From Octopus sinensis (taxonomy: Eukaryota), in contig NC_043013.1 of the NCBI RefSeq assembly GCF_006345805.1, positions 34,782,001 to 34,846,000 of the forward strand: DNA of 64,000 nucleotides, in the 5' to 3' direction. The position numbers and the translations under genes were made by a program. Each line of letters begins with the position of its first letter. Position 1 is the first letter of the stretch. Of this stretch, positions 53,422 to 64,000 are shown in pieces. A model generated the notes under the pieces. The model saw only the letters and a program-made list of their open reading frames with translations. It did no database searches and had not been told where the DNA came from.

Positions 53422-53822
53422 TATTTCTTTACTACCCACAAGGGGCTAAACACAGAGAGGACAAACAAGGACAGACAAATGGATCAAGTTGATTATATCG
53501 ACCCCAGTGCGTAACTGGTACTTATTTAATCGACCCCCATAAGGATGAAAGGCAAAGTTGACCTCAGTGGAATTTGAACTCAGAACGTAACGGCAGACGA
53601 AATACTGCTAGGCATTTTGCACGCTGGGTGAAATGCTAAGCAGTATTTCGTCTGCTGGTACGTTCGGAGTTCAAATTCCGCCGCGGTCAACTTAGCCTTT
53701 CATCCTTTCGGGGTTAATTAAATAAGTACCAGTTACACACTGGGGTCGATATAATCGACTTAATCCGTTTGTCTATCCTTGTTTGTCTCCTCTGTGTGTA
53801 GCCCCTTGTAGGCAGTGAAGAA
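53422..53822. repeat. Head-to-head inverted pair of family D variant SINEs (about 200-bp arms)
   Basis: 53422-53620 is approximately the reverse complement of 53630-53822. Confidence 0.85.
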
Positions 53823-53836
53823 AAAAGAAGCCCATC

Positions 53837-53881
<45 letters not shown>

Positions 53882-54630
53882 GATGTAGCACGGAATTTTG
53901 TCAGTGAACAGGTTGCAATCTCAAAGCAAGGAAAATATTTTGGCAAATTAAATTTAAATGTTAAAGTGAATCTTATGGTTCTTGTATGATTCTTAAATGG
54001 CTTATAAACACCTTCCATGCTGCAATTGTTTTTGTTCCAGCACACGATCTCAGATCAGGTCACTTGCTATGCAACTACATCTCTGTAATATATATATATA
54101 TGCATGTGTGTGTGTATGTACATGTATATATATGTATGCATGTATTTGTTATTTGTGTCCTAGAGGGTGTTGAAGAAAAGTGGGGCGATAATGGGGTAGT
54201 GATTCATGTAAAAATTGGGATGATTTTGGGGTGGTGATTCATGTAAAAGCAACAAAATAATGGGGTCGTTAGGTTTAAGTTTTAATTGTGAAATACAGTT
54301 TCTTTGAATTTTTTGCACAAAGAGGTCTACGTTTGTGATGGTTAGTTGGGGTGGGGGCACTAGGAATGTGGCCTGGGTATCAAGGGGGTGATAGCCCCAA
54401 AATGTTTGGGAACCACTGGTTTAGTTGATTATATTGACATCAACGCTCCACCCCACACAATACATGACTGGTAATTTACTTTTATCAACCCTAAAAGGAT
54501 GAAAGGTAGAGCTGACCTCAGTGAAATTTGAACTCCAAATGCAAAGAGCCAGGAGAAATGTTACAAAGAATTTTATCCAATGCTCTTACAATTCTATGAA
54601 ATTACTTACTGCAATTAGTATTGTAATACA

Positions 54631-54804
54631 CTGTTGTGTCTGGGGAGAGTCATTTTCTTTTTGTGCCTTATAATGTAACAGTCACTGGCAAAATTTCCAC
54701 GAAAATTTTAGGAAAATAAAAATAAGAAGTAAGTGGAAATTTTCCCAGTGTGTGTGTTAAATTATAAGGCACAAAAAGAAAATGACTCTCCCCAGACACA
54801 ACAG
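54631..54804. mobile_element. 174-bp hairpin MITE with perfect 44-bp TIRs
   Basis: 54631-54674 is the exact reverse complement of 54761-54804, and imperfect pairing continues to about 70 bp per arm. No clean TSD. Confidence 0.85.
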
Positions 54805-54944
54805 AATATGCTTCAACACACGTACTCACATAAAGAATCTTGCAAACCAAATCCCCAAACGAAATATTGTAATACAATTATGGCAATAATTACAACAATA
54901 ATAATAATAATTACAATAATAATCCTTTCTACTAAGGGCACAAG

Positions 54945-55272
54945 TACATTATTTACATTTGACGGATATTTGTCCTCATCTTGTTTGTTGTTAATACGTT
55001 TCGACTAATACACCCTCCAGCCTTCATCAGGTGTCTTGGTGAAATTTCAAACCTAGGTTCTCATTCCTAAGGTATTTTTTGTTGTTGTTGTTGTTGTTGT
55101 TACTGCTGCTGCTGCTGCTGTTGTTATTGTTATTATTATTATTCAGGTCACTGCCTGGAACTCAAACGTTGTGTTAACAACAAACAGGATGAGGACAAAT
55201 ATCTGTCAAATGTAAATAACGTAAATAATGTAAATAATGTACATAATTCCTCATCTCTTAAATATAGAACTG
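54945..55272 (-). mobile_element. Family F copy (minus strand) with inverted tail copy at the 5' end; about 12-bp TSD
   Basis: Hammerhead core on minus at 54991-55037 (CUGAUGA-A-GGCUG...UAGUC-GAAACGUA; 3' strand of helix I deleted). The head is truncated near 55160, followed by a plus-oriented tail at 55163-55272. Flanks TAAGGGCACAAG (54933-54944) and TAAAGGCACAAG (55273-55284) belong to a family-D SINE host. Confidence 0.82.
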
Positions 55273-55391
55273 TAAAGGCACAAGGTCTGAAATTCGAAGG
55301 AGGGGGATAGTTGATAACATCGACTCCCGTGTTTCACTGGTACTTAATTAATCAACCCTGAAGGGATGAAAGGCAACGTTGACTTTTGCAG

Positions 55392-55425
<34 letters not shown>

Positions 55426-55668
55426 GTAATAATCCTGTCTATTAAAGGCATAAGCCCTGAAATTTCTGGGTAGGAGGCTAGTCGTTTACATCGACCCCAG
55501 TGTTTCACTGGTATTTAATTTATTGACCCTGAAATGATGAGAGGCAAAGTTGACCTCAGTGAAATTTCAACTCAGAATACAGCGACAAGCAAAATGCCGC
55601 TAACCATTTCATCCAGTATACTAACAATCCAGCCAGCTCACCATCTTAATGGCAATGATTATAATTAT

Positions 55669-56033
55669 AACAAGAGCACTCAGAGAGTGCATTACCTCCA
55701 CCATGGCAACACCAACATCCTCTCAACAATTAGCCAGAGATGATTCTTAAAATGAGAATATCTGAAATAAACTCAACTGCTCTCACAAATGAGAATACTA
55801 AAAATGAACCTGACTGCTCTCAAAACTTAAGTAAAAAGAACAGGAAAAATAAGCCTGAATCCTTCTCCAGTACCAGATCAATCCCAAAATCTATTCTGTT
55901 TGTGCCAGTCACGAGCCCAAACATCCCTTAAAGTTTCATCCGAAACCATCCAGTGGTTCTTGAGATATCTTGTCCATGGACAAACAAACACGACTGAAAA
56001 CAATACCTCCGCCTTCACTAAGGCGGAGGTAAT
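55669..56033 (-). mobile_element. Helentron/DINE-1-like non-autonomous element
   Basis: Perfect 11-bp terminal hairpin ACCTCCGCCTT-cact-AAGGCGGAGGT (56005-56030). An ATTACCTCC subterminal repeat lies near the other end (55691-55699), the terminus is AACAAGAGCACTCAGAGAG, and the flanks are A/T-rich. Confidence 0.65.
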
Positions 56034-56318
56034 AATAAAATTTCTTATTATTATAAACAAAAGGTCTCAAATTTTAAGGGGATGGTTAGGCAATTATGAT
56101 TGCCTTCAATACTTGATTCCTTGACACTTACTCTATTTTATCAACCCTGAAAGAACGAAAAGCAAAGTTCACTTCAGCAGTATTTGAACTCACAATGTGA
56201 AGAGTTAAAAGAAATATCACAATGGCATTTTATCCAATGCTCTAATGATTCCACCAAACCACTTACCTCAGTAATTATTATAACAACAACTCTGACAATA
56301 ATAATAATAATAATAATA

Positions 56319-56375
<57 letters not shown>

Positions 56376-56938
56376 TGATGATAATAATAATAATGACCAT
56401 AATGATTATAATGACAAGAATGGCAACAATATGGCAAATGATAATCACAGTGGCTTTAATGGTGAAGATGAGGATAATGATAATGCTAATAATGAACAAT
56501 CGTCATAATAAAACAGATCCTACACTAGATTTTGCTTTCTACCACAAAACTAAATTGTTTTGTTTATAAAGATAACATTTGAACATTCCAGCAAAGATAG
56601 CAAGATACCAAGATCAATTTGTTGAGAGTCTTTTGTTTTCTAGAGCAGCGCTAAGAAGATGGTAAACAGAAAAAAAAAAGATTCAATAAGAACAGTATAG
56701 AAGGAAGGGGGTGGTTGGGTGGTGGTGGTGGTGGGGCTTTATTAGTTTTGTGTATAATTGGGGGGGGGGAGGAGGAGATGCATTGAAATCCCATTATGGG
56801 AAGACTTATGAAATATATCTTGGAATTTGATGAAATTCGTTAAAAAACAAAACAGAAAAAAACAAACAAAATATTTGTTTTGTTTCCGATTTTGTTTCGC
56901 TTTGTGGTTATTGTTTGTGAGAATGTATGCGTGTTTGT

Positions 56939-56983
<45 letters not shown>

Positions 56984-58073
56984 TGTGTTTGTATTTCTTT
57001 TTGTGTGTGCGTTTACGTGTGATTGTGTTTCTGTTTTGCTGCGTAATTTCGTTTGCGTGTTTGCGAGTGGTTATACTGAGTGTGTTAGCATACGTTTTTG
57101 TGTGCACGCAAATGTGCGTATATGCACATGTTCTGTGTGCATGTAAACGTGTACATTTTTCTGCATATGTGCAAGCATATTTTTGTGTGTGCATGCATGT
57201 GTGTGTAAAGAGCAAATGCTTGTGCACTTGTGTGAGTGTGAATGTGTGTTAGTGTGCACACATATATGTGCATATGCAAGTCCTTATGCAAGTGTATCTT
57301 TATGTATAAAACATGTCTTTGCATATATATATATGTATGTATGTGCATGTGTGTATGCATATGTATATATGTGTAGATGCTGTTTAGTAAATTATCATTG
57401 TCTATTAGTGTGATTATGGTGAAATTCAGCTAAAGATGTACATAATAGTATGTGTAAAGGGGTCAGAAGAGAATGCAACCATATATATATTAATATGAGT
57501 TTGTATACATATATACATATGTATGTATATATATAAATATATGTATATATATATGCACACACACACATATATAGATATATATACGCACACACACACATAT
57601 ATATATATACACACACACACATACACTCATAGGTATATGTGAATATACATGTGTGTGTGTGTGTGGCTTGTATGTATATGTATGCTGTGTACGTGTGAAA
57701 GTATAGAACATTCCCTATTGAACAGAAACAATAAAGGCAGATGCAAAACAACGAAGAGAAACTATTATTTCGTCATTTCCTCCTTAATATTATAAGATAT
57801 ACACTATTGTTGGATTTTTCAGAGATGCACAGGTTACATACGTGTGTGTGTGTACATATGTGTTTGTGTGTATGTGTGTGAGAGAGAGAGAGAGTGGGAG
57901 TCTATGTATGTGATGTAATCTGTTTAATGATGATGATGATGTGTAGGTATGTGCAGTATTATATATTTCTAACTGTGATATAGCTACATATGTATATAGT
58001 ATTTCTTCGTCTATAAGTGCTTGTATGTGTGTGTGCTTATATATGCATATCTATCTATCTATCTATCTATATC

Positions 58074-58104
<31 letters not shown>

Positions 58105-58783
58105 ATGTATGTATATATATGTATATATATGTATGTATATATACATACATACACACATATGTATATATCATCATCATTATATATGCAACATACACATTGT
58201 GTGATACACATTGTTGCATTATACCACATGCACATGCAAATATATATATGTATTAGTTATATTTACATATTGGTGCATGCAAGTGTGCATTTAATGATAC
58301 ATATGAATATAATTATATCACAATTACCGATACTTAACTATACAAAGATAGGCCCTTCCATATTTATATAAGTTAACTATAAAAGGATGCACAGGCTTAA
58401 ATGTATATGTATTCTCACCATATATATATATATGTATATAAATATTATATAAAATTATGTATATGTGTGAACAAATATATATATATCTATATATATATAC
58501 ACAAGCATATACACACATATATGCATTTGCATTTAAAGATATATATTCAACTGACAGATATTGTTGACAAAGTTCATTTCTGTATACTTGCATTTCATTC
58601 CTGTGTATATCCTTTGTCTCTCTTTTTCTCTCACAAGATTTTATACATGCACATACATGCATACACACATATGTAGAAATGTACATATATACACCTACAC
58701 ATATACATACATATATATACATACACATATATATATATGTATATATATGTATATATACACATACATATAATATATATATATAT

Positions 58784-58846
<63 letters not shown>

Positions 58847-59039
58847 TGTATGTATATGTATATATTATTCCTTTTGATATCATTTATTCATTTCAACGAT
58901 AAGCAATGAATACAAATTGTAGAAAAATTATAATGCAATTACAAATATATTTTATTTGTAGCATGTTTGTTTATCGTGATTTCATTATTATTTATTATTA
59001 TTATTAAATAAAGATATCATTATTATTATTATAATCCTC

Positions 59040-59173
59040 TTTATTATTGTCATCCTCATTATTGTAAATAAAAGATTATTATTATAAAAAGAATTATCAT
59101 CATTATCATCATATTGTTTTCATTCTTATTTTGCACATTGTTTCAACCATTTTCAGTATTACTATTATTATTA

Positions 59174-59227
<54 letters not shown>

Positions 59228-59369
59228 TACTACTACTACTACGACTACTATTTCTAGTTCTATTGTTAGTATCCTTAACATTATTAGTCATAGCATAATT
59301 GCCATTATCATTTTCAATACAATTATCCCCCTACCTTCTCTTTATCCTCATCCTCATTATCATCATTAT

Positions 59370-59406
<37 letters not shown>

Positions 59407-59700
59407 GTCATCACTCTTATAATCATCATAATTATCATTATCATCAATATCATTAGTATTATCATAGTTAATATTATTATAATAATTTTCTTATTATTAT
59501 CACCCTCATTATTACCATTATCATCAATATTATTTTCAGCCATTATCTTCATTATTATTATTATTATTATTATTATCATTATTATTATTATTATTATCAT
59601 TATTATTATTATTATCATCATTGTTATTATCCTTCTTATTGTCCTCTTCATTATTACCATCATCATCATCATCATCACTGTCTTCATCTTATTGAAATTT
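59040..59700. repeat. Compound (ATT)n/(ATC)n/(ACT)n microsatellite
   Basis: Direct reading. Confidence 0.95.
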
Positions 59701-59901
59701 ATATAGTTACTTTATTTTTGGTGTTTTTTTTAAAGGAATTTTCCTTTGCGGAAGTCTTACACAATATCGTTGTTTCCAAATATCCATAAATTAAATAAAA
59801 GATGAAAATCTTCACAATGATATTTACACGAATGTTTCAATTATTTCATTACTAGCATTTGTACATATATATATATATACGTATACGTGTATATATATGT
59901 A

Positions 59902-59932
<31 letters not shown>

Positions 59933-59944
59933 GCATGTGTGTGT

Positions 59945-60001
<57 letters not shown>

Positions 60002-60645
60002 GTATGCATGCATGTATGTATGTATATATGTATATATGTTATGTATGCATGCATGTGTGTATGTATGTATATATGTATATATGTATATATGTATGTATGT
60101 GTATATGTGTGTGTATATGTGTGCACATGTATATATATATATATACGCACACACACACATGATGAATATGTAAAACACACAGATATACATACATACACAT
60201 AATATAAGTTTGGAGGCGCAAATTTGCGTGGATAGTCAAGCATTTCATTTTGCACACACTCTGAAACAGATGCATTCACCAACAATAATCATAAAACATC
60301 TAAATAGCTTTGGCAGATTATATTCCAAAATTGGAATAATGCAGAGATTATATTGTTCCAGGAACTATTTTGTACTCTACCTCAAAAGTTTCCTTTTCAC
60401 TGAAGATTTTCAGGTTAATGACCACAGAACAAAGTTGATACCAAAATCTGTGAAACATTGGATATTTTGTATTTAGGATGGCATTGCTGGGGAATGAAGA
60501 GATCTGCTTCACATTCATATGTGAGCCTTTATGCTCCTATTATGCTACATCTTGGACAATTTTCAGCAAATGTTGCATTAGTTTAACCAAAACATTGCAG
60601 AATTTGGTGTGCAGAAATAGTGTAGTATCCACTGTATGTATGTAC

Positions 60646-60692
<47 letters not shown>

Positions 60693-60978
60693 TATATATA
60701 TAATTATATAAATATATATATATTTGATCTGTTATGCTAGTACTTTAGTTGTTACTCATTTACAGCTGAGCAAATAAGAGTAATGTGAAATGAGGTGTAT
60801 TACTCAATGATACAATGTTCCACTGAGTTCAGAAAATTGAATCCCTGAGCTTATCCCAAAACCACAAGGCTATGTGCCTTAACGTTAACTAGATAGATAA
60901 ATATAGTGAGATAGATAAATATAGTGAGAGAGATACAGATAGAGAGAGACATATATATATATATGTATATAATAGTGA

Positions 60979-61316
60979 AGGTGCATGGCTCAGTGGTTAG
61001 AGCATCGAGCTTACGATCATGAGGTTGTGAGTTCAAATCTCAGACCGGGCTGCGTGTTGCTTCCTTGAGCAAGACACTTTATTTCACGTTATTCCAGTTC
61101 ATTCAGCGGTAGAAATGAGTTGCAACGTCACGGGTGCCAAGCTGTATTGACCCCTTTGCCTTTCCCTTGGATAACACTGGTGGTGTGGAGAGGGGAGGCT
61201 GGTATGCATAGGCGACTGTTGGTCTTCTATAAACAACCTTGCCCAGACTTGTGCCTCCGAGGGTAACTTTCTAGGTGCAATCCCATGGTCAGTCATGACC
61301 GAAGGGGGGGGTCTCA
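60979..61316 (+). mobile_element. Family C tRNA-derived SINE, full length
   Basis: A box TGGCTCAGTGG, B box GAGTTCAAATC, body TTGAGCAAGACACTTTATTTCACGTT...GACCGAAGGGGG. Confidence 0.88.
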
Positions 61317-63631
61317 GCATATATATGATAAAATAATATATATATATATGCATATATACACACATACATGTACATGCTTACATATATATGTACATATACA
61401 TTCATACATAGGTACAGGATGTCAAAAACAAAAATGAACAAAATGAGAAATGAGAACATAAAAAAAAAAGAATGGAAAACGAACTTTTTTTGAATAACAG
61501 AAGAAACAAATAGAGAAACGAGAGAGGCAACATAAAGAACGTTCCCTTCATCAGTTGTTCCCTGTTTTATCTACTGCATGTTTCGAAGGTAGGGACAAGA
61601 TGCGACTTTATTAAAACAATCCTTCCCGTAAAGCAAATTAAATTAAAATAATTTGGGATTCTTTGCAGAGGGTTAAAGTGGTAACAAATCAGGACAGTTA
61701 GAACAAAATTGTTTATATATCAAATGGATGTGTCATAAAACTATTCCACACATACAATAACAGGCGTATATAGGCAAATATATATATACATATGTACATA
61801 TATATATATAAAAATATATATATAAGCAAATAGAAATTAATAGCAATTATAAAAACAGGAAAAGCAGCAAAAGTCAAAAGGACGAACACAGTGAATGTAT
61901 TAGGTTGAGACTCAGAGCAAGTTTATGATGGAAAAAAAGGGAGTGAGATGTTTTGAGCATGGCTCTTCATCAGAAAGAGGAAAAGTCTGGAGAGAAGGAA
62001 GAGAATAGTCCGAGAAAAACACTTGTGTAGTTAGTTATATGGCTGAAGTGACTGAATGTGAAGAGAGATAAAGAAAAAGATTTCTCTCTCTCCATATACA
62101 CATATCATCATCATCATCATCATCATCATCATATATGTATGTATATATATATAGCATATATATATGCATGTGTGTGTCTGTATATGTATATATATATATA
62201 TATATATACGTGATTAATAAATATCCCATATGTTCCATCTCTCATCTTTCATTTAACACACACACATATATGTACATATAGTGAGAGAGAGAGAGAGAAA
62301 GAGAGACAGACAGATAGAAAGATGTGTGTGTGTGTGTGTGTGTACATGTACACACATATCCTCAATGAAATATTGAAGACGTGTTTCCATCAATATAACA
62401 GCATGATTGAGCTTTTATTAAATTTCTGTTAATTAAACATACTCGGTAATTTATTAATATGCACACTAACAATTTTCTTTAAGCTGCTCTCGTTTCTCAA
62501 TGTCTCCAGCTAGAATTTGAAACAGACAGAAAGACAAAAAAAAAAACAAAAACAAAAAAAAAAGCTAAAAATATTAAATACATGCAAAAGAGAAAACAAA
62601 GGAAAAGTATAGCTGAATGTCAATCATGAAAGTAAATTTCTCATAACCCAGACATTTGTTCTTAGAGATGAAATCAATTCCTTCGTAATAATTAAAAATA
62701 TAAAGAAAAAAAAAATTATAAATCTAATCCACAAACACGAACAAAAGAAACAGATACATAGAAAAAGTAAAGACAAAAAATCATTAGATATAAGCAAATT
62801 TAATTGTAATTGAGATGTTCTTCTGACTTTTGTACTTATCTACAATTGAAACTGCTCAATAGTTCTTATATAATATATTGCAAATTTACATTTAACTTGA
62901 AAATATCTCCTTTCAATTCAAGTATGTTGTTTTTACTTTCAAGTGGTGGGAGACATTTTCACATGGCAGCCATATTGGACATTTTCGAGCATTGTGGGAT
63001 ACATTGAAGAGACAAAAAAGGAGGAAAAAGAGTAGAGTGAAGATAAGTCAAATGAGAGAGAGAGAGAGAGAGAGACTCTAGACTGATTCAAGAAAGAAGA
63101 GCTATGAGAAAGAGAAAGAGAGAGAGAGAGAGAGAGAGGTGGTGCACCTGAGCACTGTATACAATAATTTCATTATTATCGATAAATTAAGTACCAGTTA
63201 CGCACTGGGGTCGATGTAATCGACTTAATCATTTTGTCTGTCCTTGTTTGTTCCCTCTATGTTTAGCCCCTTGTGGGCAATAAAGAAATAAGAATTATTA
63301 TTATTATTATTATAGAAACAAGTGAGAGAGATGAAATACCAAAGAGAAACAAGAAACAGAGAGTTAAGAGAGATTTGAGAAAGAGTCAAAATTCGAGAAG
63401 TCCAAACCAATGATGCATAAATTTGACTTCTGTTTATTTCTCACATAAAATTATTTAAATCTGACCAAATTATTATGGTTTCTGCTAAGAAGAGTTTTGT
63501 ATATAACGACAATATACTTTTGTTCTTACTGAACTACCTCTACACTCTAACTTTTACAGAAGTAGTTTCATTTTATTTTTAGTTTATATATATATTTATA
63601 TATAATTTAATCATCTTCTTTTCCTTGCAGT

Positions 63632-63696
<65 letters not shown>

Positions 63697-63713
63697 CATA
63701 TATATACACACAT

Positions 63714-63764
<51 letters not shown>

Positions 63765-63813
63765 GAATCACTTCTGAACAGAGAAGTCAGCTCAAAACAC
63801 CACATCTCTAAAG

Positions 63814-63853
63814 ATTTCCTGAAGAAGAAGTCCTAACCCCGAAATATTGAAAT
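63814..63853 (+). ncRNA. Minimal type-I hammerhead motif (fourth family); core intact, helix II partly decayed
   Basis: AUUUC-CUGAAGA-A-GAAGU-ccua-ACCCC-GAAA-UA-UU-GAAAU. Helix I is a perfect 5 bp, helix III is the palindrome AUAU, and helix II has two mismatches. Confidence 0.55.
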
Positions 63854-64000
63854 GCAAGCTAAAAGTACAATTCATTGTTTTGCAATATTTCTTATAACTT
63901 GCCTTGTTTAACTTAAACGACCCCAGCTAAAAACATCTATCAATCAATAAATATATACATAATCCAAATAAGACAGAGAAAGTGCTTTGCACATCTTTAA

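Noticed and set aside
56705-56775. G-rich runs as a G-quadruplex (also 30935-30955)
   Set aside because: The G-tracts are irregular and part of (GGT)n low-complexity sequence; there is no functional context.
61544-61589. GAAAC...CUGAUGA on minus as a type-II hammerhead (related element at 46330-46680)
   Set aside because: There is no U16.1-H17 in register and helix I does not pair convincingly.

Overview
Eukaryotic, AT-rich, microsatellite-saturated non-coding DNA. The tRNA-headed SINE families and repeat density suggest an octopod cephalopod (Octopus-like); this is inferred from repeat content, not database-checked. No intact protein-coding gene can be supported: nearly all long ORFs are translations of (TA)n, (CA)n, (GA)n, (ATT)n and (GAT)n tracts. 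The window contains dozens of copies of at least six SINE-like families (labelled A-G here). It also has decayed coding relics of two mariner transposons, a CR1/L2-type LINE, RTE LINE ends and a Penelope-like (PLE) reverse transcriptase. Non-autonomous DNA elements include a Helitron, a Helentron/DINE-like element, hAT MITEs with 8-bp TSDs and a hairpin MITE. The most interesting signal is a set of minimal type-I hammerhead ribozyme motifs in at least four unrelated short-element families. One is a tRNA-promoter SINE that carries a hammerhead and inserted twice with an inverted copy of its own tail at the 5' end, bounded by TSDs. This resembles PLE-mobilised, retrozyme/Sm-alpha-like elements. 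A second highlight is a Helitron carrying about 17 helically phased 22-bp units, 10 with a perfect GCGCATGCGC (NRF-1-type) palindrome. Weak candidate exons lie at 34.5-34.7 kb.
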